A stretch of DNA of 33,166 nucleotides, from positions 1 to 33,166 of the forward strand of contig NZ_JBFNEO010000001.1 of NCBI RefSeq assembly GCF_040797585.1. Reading direction: 5' to 3'. A program made the position numbers and the translations under genes. The stretch comes from Clostridium sp. Its GTDB lineage: Bacteria; Bacillota; Clostridia; Clostridiales; Clostridiaceae. This document shows, piece by piece, positions 1-8,483 of this stretch (within the stretch, counting starts at the first letter, position 1; each line of letters begins with the position of its first letter). Under the pieces are notes generated by a model. The model had not been told where the DNA came from. It was given only the letters and a program-made list of their open reading frames with translations, and did not search any database.

Positions 1-214
1 TAAGGGTAGATTTAGTATGAAAGTTAGCTATATAGTTTTTAGCATGTACTCCTGTATCTGTTCTTCCACATCCTATTAATTGAATTTCTTCTCCGGTCAT
101 TTTACATAGTACATCTTCTATCTTCCCTTGTATAGTTGGTACATCTCCTTTTTGTCTTTGCCACCCTCTATATCTAGTTCCATCATAAGATATTGATATC
201 TTTAAATTTCTCAT
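1..214 (-). CDS. truA: tRNA pseudouridine(38-40) synthase TruA, N-terminal part (runs off the window)
   Basis: Not in the ORF track. Manual translation from ATG at 214 gives [36 protein letters not shown]...[11 protein letters not shown], with the YDG..GWQ and GRTDxGVHA TruA motifs. RBS AAAGGTGA upstream. Confidence 0.95.
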   Translation of the reverse strand, partial: MRNLKISISYDGTRYRGWQRQKGDVPTIQGKIEDVLCKMTGEEIQLIGCGRTDTGVHAKNYIANFHTKSTL

Positions 215-317
215 ATTACTTCACCTTTAATTCCTTCTATTATTACTTCCCTATTCTTTTGCAAAAGCACTATATAATTATATCTTGTCTAGTTAAACAA
301 AGCTATAAATTTTATAT

Positions 318-416
318 TTTATCTGATGGCTAGGAGCTGTAGACCCCTGATTCACTAATAGAGTTTTAAATCACTCTTCATCATAGTTTTATGACAATAA
401 ATACAGACCTCTTAGC
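318..416 (+). repeat. Dispersed structured intergenic repeat, copy 1
   Basis: TTTATCTGATGGCTAGGAGCTGTA at 318 nearly matches 14637 and 25108. GCTAGGAG-CTGTA can pair with TACAG..CTCTTAGC (402-416). Confidence 0.6.
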
Positions 417-656
417 ATTATTTTTTTGTAATTACCTTACCTTTAATATAATTGCCAGATTCATAGAAATCCTACTTCTAAGATATCTTAATATTACAAT
501 GTACAGAACTTTAGCTGGTTTATCTTTGTTACATGTACTGAGTAATACCAGAGTGGTTCTTAATGATATTATTTCTTAAGACTATCTAAAATATTTATTT
601 ATATAATAATTGTATAATATATAAAGTATATATATTGTTTTCTTAAAACAAAGTTT

Positions 657-692
657 AAGTCCAGTAAACCTTATAAAAGCTTTACCGGACTT
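657..692 (-). terminator. Probable terminator hairpin downstream of the methyltransferase
   Basis: Minus strand AAGTCCGGTAAAGCTT-TTAT-AAGGTTTACTGGACTT, followed by AAACTTTGTTT (weak U tract). Confidence 0.5.
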
Positions 693-750
693 ATTATGTG
701 TAAACAAAAATAAATATTAAAGTTTTAAGTACCTCTATTTAATTTATTAA

Positions 751-1371
751 CTAATAAATTTCTAAAATTCCTGCACATGGAGAAATCTGTGTATATCTTG
801 AGTTAATACCTTTATCACTCAACTTAGAGATAATTTCTTCCCCAACCATATATATTTCCTCATCATCCCATATACTATCATTATCACTTTTACATTTAAT
901 TAATTCATTTTCTGTTTTGAATGCAACATCGGCAATTATTATTTTGCCGTCTTCATTTAACAAGCCTTTTAATTCATTTATAAACTGGAATTTTTTATCA
1001 TTATCTAAATGATGAATTGCATAAGAAGATATAATATAATCGAATTTTTCAGTTTTCAACTGAGAAGGTACTCCTAAATTAAAATCCCATTGTATAAATA
1101 TTCCTTTAGGCATTTTTTCTTTTGCAATGTGAATCATGTTCTGTGAAAAATCCATTCCATAAATCTTTGCCCCATCTATATATAATCTATTTGTTAATAA
1201 TCCAGTTCCAAATCCTACATCCAATATTTTCTTTGATTCTTTTCCATTAATTAAATTGTAAACACACTGTAATACCTGATAATATCCATGAAAAGGATAC
1301 TCTTCATCTCCTATTTCTACGCTTTTATCATACTCTTTTGCCCATATGTCAAACCCCTTACTATCTAACAA
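751..1371 (-). CDS. Class I SAM-dependent methyltransferase
   Basis: Motif I ILDVGFGTG, post-I GMDFS, FDYIISSYAIHHL. TTG start with GGAGGG RBS. Confidence 0.85.
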   Translation of the reverse strand: MLDSKGFDIWAKEYDKSVEIGDEEYPFHGYYQVLQCVYNLINGKESKKILDVGFGTGLLTNRLYIDGAKIYGMDFSQNMIHIAKEKMPKGIFIQWDFNLGVPSQLKTEKFDYIISSYAIHHLDNDKKFQFINELKGLLNEDGKIIIADVAFKTENELIKCKSDNDSIWDDEEIYMVGEEIISKLSDKGINSRYTQISPCAGILEIY

Positions 1372-1842
1372 TCAATTCCCTCCATGTAATGTAACTTTAC
1401 TAATACTTACTATAATTTTTCTTATTATATAAATAAATTATACATGTTATTACCTTTTATTTCAATTTCTACATATAATTATATATATCTATTCTGTCGT
1501 CTATTTTTTTATTCTTTTCACATTATATTTTAGTCTATTTATTACTTTTAAGGAATTAAGTATATGTATGAGTTAATATTCAACTTAAAATCATAATATT
1601 ATAGTGTTACTACTCTAATGGATAACTCATCAGATACCATTTAAATTGAGTTTTGGAATGGTTTATGTATGGATATACCACATGCTATCTTAAACTAAAC
1701 CTCAAGATCTCCTGATATAAAAGGTGTTTAAATATTGAGTCTGAAAATAGTATATCTATATATATACTCTATATAATATAAAGAGTAAGAATTTAATCTA
1801 TGGTAAGAAATCAATTTATATATCTTTAATTAATCTAATATA

Positions 1843-1890
1843 TAAAAATGTGGAGTAATAAGTATATTACTATACTTATTACTCCACATT
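1843..1890 (-). terminator. Rho-independent terminator at the end of the prd cluster
   Basis: Perfect 20-bp inverted repeat AATGTGGAGTAATAAGTATA (1847-1866) / TATACTTATTACTCCACATT (1871-1890), with a T-rich run on the minus strand. Confidence 0.8.
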
Positions 1891-1927
1891 CATTGAAATA
1901 TATTTACTTAATCCTTAAGCATTTAAT

Positions 1928-2806
1928 TTATTTAGCTACTTTTGCTTTATTACTATAAGATTTAAACATTGTTATAGATGTATATAGTATAACTATTACC
2001 ACAAGCCACTTTAATATTTCAAGTGGTAAACTCTTTACAAGATAAGCTGCTATAAATACACCTATAGATCCAAATATAGTTATTGCTATAGCTGCCTTCT
2101 TATCATAGGCTCCTTCTTTAACAAACTTTAATGAAGCTGATGGCATTAAAAATGCACAAGATCCCATCATTATTGGGAAGGCAACTGCTGGACTCATACC
2201 TAAAGCATAAACTAACGCCATACATGGCGCATATAATCCTATTCCAACAGTCATTAATGCTCCTAATATAAAGTTGGCTACTACTGCAAATATAAGCTTA
2301 CCTCCAGTTAATCCTATTGCCTCTCCACCTATTGGCATTAATCCTAACTGTGATGCTAACATAATTAATGAAACTGCTAGTAATGCTATTGCCATAAATA
2401 GTTGTATCTTCTTTTCATCAAGTTTAGAAACAAAGCCAGCTCCAACTACAGCTCCTATAGCAGCTGCTGCAAGCATACTTATAAGAGTTACAGGTTCAAC
2501 CTCTATACCATCTATAAATATAAAAGCTTCTAAAACAACTGGTATTGTACAAGACACATTTAATGTTCCAGGTATGTACTTATCTCTTGTTAGCTTAAAA
2601 CCCTTTAATAAAGCTGTTAATGGTGCAAAAGCTCCTATGCCTAAAGTATCAAAAAAGTTTACTACAAACCCTGATACTCCTGCTATTACAAAATTTCCTT
2701 CTCCAAGGCTCCCTTGCTTTTTTGCTGCTATAACATCTTTTATATAAAAAACTGCAAATATTAATGTAATAACTCCTAATGCTGCAAGGACTATATTGGT
2801 TAACAT
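1928..2806 (-). CDS. TauE/SafE (TSUP) family membrane transporter
   Basis: Very hydrophobic 292 aa protein with repeated FDTLGIG / LMTVGIG halves and a PGTLN motif. GGGGGA RBS. Confidence 0.8.
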   Translation of the reverse strand: MLTNIVLAALGVITLIFAVFYIKDVIAAKKQGSLGEGNFVIAGVSGFVVNFFDTLGIGAFAPLTALLKGFKLTRDKYIPGTLNVSCTIPVVLEAFIFIDGIEVEPVTLISMLAAAAIGAVVGAGFVSKLDEKKIQLFMAIALLAVSLIMLASQLGLMPIGGEAIGLTGGKLIFAVVANFILGALMTVGIGLYAPCMALVYALGMSPAVAFPIMMGSCAFLMPSASLKFVKEGAYDKKAAIAITIFGSIGVFIAAYLVKSLPLEILKWLVVIVILYTSITMFKSYSNKAKVAK

Positions 2807-2970
2807 ATATCTTCCCCCTATATTGTATTTAGATACTTTTTCGTAATTATATTATTTTAAATTAATTATATTCCATAAATTTTTATGTGCTAACTTTATC
2901 TCATTACTTTTAGCCTGCTTGATATTGTTTAACTTCTAAAATTCTAATATTATTCCTTATGTTCTTTTAA

Positions 2971-2999
2971 TTAATAGAGGGATATTATCCCTCTATTAA
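2971..2999 (-). terminator. Hairpin after prdF (terminator or mRNA-stabilising stem)
   Basis: TTAATAGAGGGAT-ATT-ATCCCTCTATTAA, a 13-bp perfect stem immediately after the prdF stop. Poor U tract. Confidence 0.55.
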
Positions 3000-3001
3000 G
3001 C

Positions 3002-4006
3002 TTAGCCTAAGCTAAATCCGTGCTTTACAGGATCATTTTCATCTATAACAAAATGATTAAATCCTGTTATATATGCACTTCCTGTTATCTCTGGAATTAC
3101 TGCAGTATATTCTCCTACCTTAGTAGTTCCTAAAATTTTCCCTCTAAACATTGTTCCAAGAATACTTTCATATATGAAGTCTTCTCCCTCTTTAAGTTCT
3201 CCTTTTGAGAATAATGTAGCCATTTTTGCACTTGTACCAGTTCCACATGGTGATCTATCAACTTGACCTTCTCCAAATATAACAACATTCTGATATGTCG
3301 CCTTTTCATTCTTCGGTGGTCCATATATTTCTACTAAATCTACAGTAGTTATATGAGATAAAGTTGGATGCTTTATTTCCACTGTAGAGTTTATTATGTC
3401 TCTTATATTTAGACCAACCTCTGTAAGTTTTGTAGAGTTCTTAGGGTCTATTTCTAAACCTAGTTCCTTAGAATTTACTATAGCAAAAAAGCTTCCTCCA
3501 AAAGATATATCCACATTAACCTTCCCTATTTCAGGAACTTCTATTTCTACACTTTTGTATAAAAATGATGGAACATTAACTATTGATGCTTCAATAGCTT
3601 TCCCATTCTCAACTTTAACCTTAGACTTAACAAGTCCAGCTGGTGCTTCTAAAACTATTTCAGTATATGGTTCCTTAACCTCTACCATTCCTGTTTCTAC
3701 TGCAACCGTAGCTGCTCCTATGGAACCATGTCCACACATATTTAGATATCCGCCACCATCCATGAAAATTATTCCAAGATCTGCTTCTTCATGAGTTGGA
3801 GCTGTTATTATAGATCCAAACATATCTTTATGTCCTCTTGGCTCATGCATTATAGCTGTTCTTACATAGTCTAGATTCTCTTCAAGATATGCCTTTTTTT
3901 CTGGCATTGTGTTTCCCTTTATAACAGGTATTCCACCTACTACTATTCTTGTAGGCTCTCCCATAGTATGAGAGTCAACTGCTTGAATTGATTTTGAAAA
4001 TTTCAT
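3002..4006 (-). CDS. prdF: Proline racemase
   Basis: DSHTMGEPTR, EPRGH, and both catalytic Cys motifs MCGH and DRSPCGTG. Lies in the prd operon. Confidence 0.96.
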   Translation of the reverse strand: MKFSKSIQAVDSHTMGEPTRIVVGGIPVIKGNTMPEKKAYLEENLDYVRTAIMHEPRGHKDMFGSIITAPTHEEADLGIIFMDGGGYLNMCGHGSIGAATVAVETGMVEVKEPYTEIVLEAPAGLVKSKVKVENGKAIEASIVNVPSFLYKSVEIEVPEIGKVNVDISFGGSFFAIVNSKELGLEIDPKNSTKLTEVGLNIRDIINSTVEIKHPTLSHITTVDLVEIYGPPKNEKATYQNVVIFGEGQVDRSPCGTGTSAKMATLFSKGELKEGEDFIYESILGTMFRGKILGTTKVGEYTAVIPEITGSAYITGFNHFVIDENDPVKHGFSLG

Positions 4007-4010
4007 TGTA

Positions 4011-4481
4011 CTATTCCCCCACTTTCTTCATTTTAAGTTTAAGAAAAGCTAAAGCCTTCCTTGCATCTTTTATACCAATAGTATTTTCTCCTACAACCTC
4101 TGTCTCTATTCCTTCTTTAGATTTATTAAAATCCACTATAGTATCCATATATTTATTTGTCACTACAAACTCTCCTTGAGTTCCTACAAAACTTAATCCT
4201 ACTACAGGAATATTTCTTTTACCTATCTCTTCAATAGTATTTGCAAAATCTACATGGCTATTTCCCCATCCATCTAAGGATACTATAGCTCCATCTGCTC
4301 TCATAGCTTCAACTAATGTGCCTACTCTTTTCCCTACAAAAAGTTTATCTTCATTAGCTTGTGGTGTTCCAACTATAATTACTCCAAGTAAATCTACATC
4401 ATCATCCTTATCTACTATATCAAGTAGAGGATCTCTAAAATGATGAAGGGTTGTTTCCTTTGTAGATGGTCCTATTCCCAT
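4011..4481 (-). CDS. prdE: Proline reductase cluster protein PrdE (homologous to the PrdA C-terminal part)
   Basis: MGIGPSTKETTLHHFRDPL parallels PrdA CIGPASKECSRHYWREPL; DGWGNSHVDFA parallels EGFGNNHIDFA. Confidence 0.88.
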   Translation of the reverse strand: MGIGPSTKETTLHHFRDPLLDIVDKDDDVDLLGVIIVGTPQANEDKLFVGKRVGTLVEAMRADGAIVSLDGWGNSHVDFANTIEEIGKRNIPVVGLSFVGTQGEFVVTNKYMDTIVDFNKSKEGIETEVVGENTIGIKDARKALAFLKLKMKKVGE

Positions 4482-4495
4482 AACTATCCTCCTAA

Positions 4496-5254
4496 TTAAT
4501 GCATTGCTCTTAATGCTCCATCTCTGTATTCATTAGGTGATACTATTATTGGGACATTTCCCATATCTATTATTGATCTACTCCCTAAGGCACCACCGGG
4601 CTCTTTTCCGAATAAAGCAGTATCATACATAGCTCCCTGACCTGCTACTTGCTTTACTATAACTACATTTTTTCTATGCTTTTTAATTTTGTCATAATAC
4701 TCATGTTTTTCATCACATAGTCTTCCGTTTATTGTTTTTAAATATTCTCTTATCTCTTGTATAATAGAATCTGAAGCTTTATGAACCTCTGTTATAGCCT
4801 CTCTTAAGCTTCCCATACCTTTATTTAATACAAAATCTAAATGAATAATTATATCTTCTTTTCTTGGTGTCCCTGCTCTATCAAATACAATTTGCTCCTC
4901 TAAAATTCCTTCAGATGAACCAAATTCTGCGACCTGAACACCCTCTTCGTCAACTCCTGTAAGCATAACATTAACTCCTGTAAGTACATGAGTTATTCCC
5001 TCCCCTATAGTACCTAAAACCTTAGTTGCAATAGGTGAAAAATCCATTATAGAGTTTATGAATATATTATGATTATTAGGTTGTATTAGGTTTATCTTTA
5101 AACCGTTTATGTGGTCTTTGTTAAATTCTAAATTATCTATTCCATGCCTCAAGTAAAGAGTTCTATTCTTTAAAAAAGTTTTATCTGAAAATTCAACCTT
5201 TTCAACGTGAAAAGTCTTTATTACAAGCTTTCTTAACTCTTTTATTTCTCTCAT
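4496..5254 (-). CDS. prdD: Proline reductase cluster protein PrdD
   Basis: QVAEFGSSEGILEE, GQGAMYD and DMGNVP parallel the central part of PrdA. Position after prdB. Confidence 0.88.
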   Translation of the reverse strand: MREIKELRKLVIKTFHVEKVEFSDKTFLKNRTLYLRHGIDNLEFNKDHINGLKINLIQPNNHNIFINSIMDFSPIATKVLGTIGEGITHVLTGVNVMLTGVDEEGVQVAEFGSSEGILEEQIVFDRAGTPRKEDIIIHLDFVLNKGMGSLREAITEVHKASDSIIQEIREYLKTINGRLCDEKHEYYDKIKKHRKNVVIVKQVAGQGAMYDTALFGKEPGGALGSRSIIDMGNVPIIVSPNEYRDGALRAMH

Positions 5255-5286
5255 AACTTAATCCTTTTAAATAAATAATAGTTAAC

Positions 5287-5323
5287 AAATACCGACCTCT
5301 CTAAAAAGAGAGATCGGATATTT
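5287..5323 (-). terminator. Intercistronic hairpin between prdB and prdD (attenuator or stabiliser)
   Basis: Minus strand CCGATCTCTCT-TTTT-AGAGAGGTCGG, followed by TATTTGTT. Confidence 0.6.
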
Positions 5324-5328
5324 TTCAA

Positions 5329-6054
5329 TTAAACTTTAGCAACATACTCGTATGGAAGAGATACTATCTTTCCAGGTGTATCTATTGTAACTAAATAATT
5401 TAAACTGTCCTTTAATATTGCAGTTTGCATTTCTTTGTTATTAGGCTCTCCAGCATTAGCTCCCATTGGAACTAATGGAGCAACTGATCTTGGTGTACCA
5501 GTCTGTCTAACAACTGGTGGTAATGCCGCTATACATATTGTAGGAATCCCCGATTCCTCTATCGCTCTCTGTACTAAAACAGCAGAACGGTGGCAAGTTC
5601 CTCAGCCAGCGGTTAAAACTACAGCATCTACATTTTCTTCTTTTAAAATTTTAGCTATTTCTGGGCCAGTTTCATTAGCAAACTTTTCTTGGTTTCCACC
5701 ACCACCCATGAATCCTATATGAGTTTCAGCTACTTCTTTTATAAATCCTTCAGCTGCTAATTCTCTTAATCTATCTATAGGGAACATGCAGTTGATGTCC
5801 TTATTAACATCTGCATTATCATATCCTCCATGGGATACCATCATATCAGATACTGGTGCATCTCCTGGTATTCTTCTAAAAGTGAAATCTCCTGCTAAAT
5901 TAAATCTCTTATCAGATTTTAAGTGTACTCCAGCAGCTGTAGCAAAAGCTATTTTCATATCTTTTAATTCTTTTGTTACAGGTGTCCATACTGGAGGAGG
6001 AGTTATTGGTACAAATATCTCAGATTGTAAACCCTTAACTACAGTATAATCCAT
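5329..6054 (-). CDS. prdB: D-proline reductase selenoprotein subunit PrdB, 241 aa, Sec at codon 151 (UGA 5602-5604)
   Basis: The ORF track stops at TGA. Reading through gives VLTAG-U-GTCHRSAVLVQRAIEESGIPT...PYEYVAKV with TAA at 5329-5331. UxxC motif, SHGGYD and DINCMFP are typical of PrdB. Confidence 0.96.
5563..5589 (-). promoter_or_regulatory. SECIS-like hairpin of prdB
   Basis: Begins 12 nt after the UGA: CGTTCT-G-CTGT-TTTAGT-ACAG-AGAGCG (6 bp, bulged G, 4 bp, G-containing loop). Confidence 0.7.
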
Positions 6055-6055
6055 A

Positions 6056-6307
6056 TTATTTTCCTTCCTTTCTATTTCTTATCTCTAGGTTGCTTACATA
6101 TTTTTCATTAACCTCTTCTGATACAACTTCTGGAAAGCTCATATTAAAAGCTATCTCTTGCCCTACCTTTAGAGGATAATCTGTTATAAGCATTCTCATA
6201 GGAACCTTTAAATATCCTAGTCTTCCCTTAAGGTCCATAGCTACAGCTCCATCTTGAACTTCGACTATAACACCTTCCATTTTTATAATTTTATCACCAT
6301 ATTTCAT
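6056..6307 (-). CDS. Small conserved protein between prdA and prdB (CBO2463/CBO2479-like domain)
   Basis: 83 aa, DLKGRLGYLKVPMRMLITDYPL, AGAGAGG RBS, tightly packed between prdA and prdB. Family name recalled, not searched. Confidence 0.75.
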   Translation of the reverse strand: MKYGDKIIKMEGVIVEVQDGAVAMDLKGRLGYLKVPMRMLITDYPLKVGQEIAFNMSFPEVVSEEVNEKYVSNLEIRNRKEGK

Positions 6308-6329
6308 ATTATGGCCTCTCTTTATCTAA

Positions 6330-8459
6330 TTACTTTGTAGAATATTTCTCTAATCTTTTTTCACTCATTGGGATTGTAGTTTCATTTGGAACTCTATCAA
6401 TCTTACTTCCATAAGCTTTTTCTACTGCTTCTAAGTTATTTTCCTTAACATTTGGATTCCACTTTCTTTCAGCAGTCTTTACATCTTCACCAGCTATAGC
6501 AGATTTCACCATTGATAAAGCTCTTATAGCATCTTCTTTACATAGAGTGTTACAAGAAAGAACTTCATTCTCTATTCCACCCTCTGATTTATTATTATCA
6601 ACCATGTATTTCATGTGCTTGTTACCAACAACTAAAGCTCCTTGAACTGCACAGAATGACATTCCAACTGCTGGAACTCCTCTCATTCCTATTTGTTCTA
6701 TATGAGATGCAAAATCTATATGGTTATTTCCAAAACCTTCAGTTGTAACTATAGCACCATCAACATCCATGAACTCAATCATCATTCCTAATCTTTCAGA
6801 TACATAGAACTTTTCAGCATTTATTTGTGGAGATCCAACAAATATAACTCCTGCGAAGTCTATTTCCTCATCATGTAAAGCCTCTGCTACAAGTGGCTCT
6901 CTCCAGTAGTGTCTTGAACATTCCTTAGATGCTGGTCCTATACAAGTTAATGCGTGGATTCCTCCATCTAATACTTCAAGTGGAGATAACATTACAGGAA
7001 CATTACCAAGGTCAACGTTTGGTTTACCTCCAAGTACTCCAACTGGTTCAACAGGTAATATTAAGTTATCGTGCATTGCACCTTGACCCATTATTTCTTT
7101 AACTATAACTACTTTTTTCTTACCTGGTCTTCTGTACTCTACAAGTTCTTCAGTATCAACAACTAATGATTCATCAAGCTTCTTAAGAGCTTCTCTTATT
7201 TCTTGAGTTATAAAGTCAGTTGCTGCGTGAGCTGCTAGAGGACCTGGTCTTTCCATGTTCATTCCTCTTGCTATAACCACTTCTGTCTTTATAAATATTT
7301 CACCCTTATCAGGTGCTCCTGGTCTTCCCCACATAATGTTTTCTTCTAGTATTCCTTCAGAAGATCCAAATTCTCCGATTTGTACTCCATCAGCATCTGT
7401 ACCAGTTACCATTACGATAGCTCCATCTATAACTCTCGTAACTCCATTACCTATCTTAGCATCATCTTCTTTAGTAGCTATTGGTTGAACATCCATTATA
7501 GTTTCAGAATAAGTGTTATACTTATCTGGAGTTATTATGTCAAGTTTTATAGATTCAACTAAGTGGCTTTGCTTTACAGCGTCTTCACATACATTTTCTC
7601 TTATGTAAAGAGTTGTTCCTTCAATCTTAGTTTCATTTCCTTCAACCTTAACATTTTCTATTTTAAAATGTTTCTTTATTAAAGATCTTACTTTCTTTTC
7701 TGCTAAAGTTTTATTAGCTTCTACTTTTTCTTCACTCTTAACTTGCCCCTTAACTTCAGCAGCCTTAACTGCTACTGGTGTAGCTGGCTTTGCCATTGGT
7801 GGCACTGGAGCTGCTCCATTTAATGTTAATGGAACTTCAATGTCAATTCCCTTACCCTCTGCGATTTTTATCTTAAGAACTGAACCGCTTAGGCTTGTTA
7901 CAACGTTTTGTTGGTTCGGCATTATTTCTTCCTCCTCATATCCTTCTAGGATTGAACTTGTTATAGGAGTTAGAGCTGAAGCATCAACGCTTAATGTCTT
8001 TCCTACAGCCTCTTGTCTTGTTAAAACATCATCTCCTAAATTAACAAGTAAAGAATCCTCTAATTGCTCAAAATACATTGGGTTTTCTAAGTCTTCATTA
8101 GTAATTGTGTTTCCAGCCTTCTTATTAAACTTAAGAACAGCTTTTTCCTCCGGGCAGCAAAGTTCATTAGAAACTTCTTCTTTTTCTTCCTTTGCTCCAC
8201 TTAACTCTTTATATCCTTCAACTATATCGGAAGTTATTGGTGTCAAAGAATCTATTGTTTTTGTGAGCTTTGCTCCAATTATTTCCCCTATTTTAAGGCA
8301 ATTGTCAGGTATTGATAGTAATCCTGAGTCAACCATATCTGGGAATATATCAGGATCCTCTAAATTGTCTGCTGAAATTATAGTTCCAGCTTCTGTTCTA
8401 CAACAAACAACAGCATACTCATTCCTAAGAGCTTCTGCATGTTCAGCACTCATTGACAT
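6330..8459 (-). CDS. prdA: D-proline reductase proprotein PrdA (pyruvoyl-forming)
   Basis: AVVCCRTEAG N-terminus, GEFGSSEG, GQGAMHDN, self-cleavage site HALT/CIGPASKE (Cys506, 6942-6944). AAGGAGG RBS. Confidence 0.96.
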   Translation of the reverse strand: MSMSAEHAEALRNEYAVVCCRTEAGTIISADNLEDPDIFPDMVDSGLLSIPDNCLKIGEIIGAKLTKTIDSLTPITSDIVEGYKELSGAKEEKEEVSNELCCPEEKAVLKFNKKAGNTITNEDLENPMYFEQLEDSLLVNLGDDVLTRQEAVGKTLSVDASALTPITSSILEGYEEEEIMPNQQNVVTSLSGSVLKIKIAEGKGIDIEVPLTLNGAAPVPPMAKPATPVAVKAAEVKGQVKSEEKVEANKTLAEKKVRSLIKKHFKIENVKVEGNETKIEGTTLYIRENVCEDAVKQSHLVESIKLDIITPDKYNTYSETIMDVQPIATKEDDAKIGNGVTRVIDGAIVMVTGTDADGVQIGEFGSSEGILEENIMWGRPGAPDKGEIFIKTEVVIARGMNMERPGPLAAHAATDFITQEIREALKKLDESLVVDTEELVEYRRPGKKKVVIVKEIMGQGAMHDNLILPVEPVGVLGGKPNVDLGNVPVMLSPLEVLDGGIHALTCIGPASKECSRHYWREPLVAEALHDEEIDFAGVIFVGSPQINAEKFYVSERLGMMIEFMDVDGAIVTTEGFGNNHIDFASHIEQIGMRGVPAVGMSFCAVQGALVVGNKHMKYMVDNNKSEGGIENEVLSCNTLCKEDAIRALSMVKSAIAGEDVKTAERKWNPNVKENNLEAVEKAYGSKIDRVPNETTIPMSEKRLEKYSTK

Positions 8460-8483
8460 ATCTAAGTTCCTCCTTCTAAGTTG

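Noticed and set aside
391-579. 62-aa + strand ORF
   Set aside because: No RBS, no recognisable motif, AT-rich, and it overlaps the repeat copy 1 hairpin.
5602-6054. prdB as a 150-aa protein
   Set aside because: Known Sec codon (UxxC); the frame continues to TAA at 5329.
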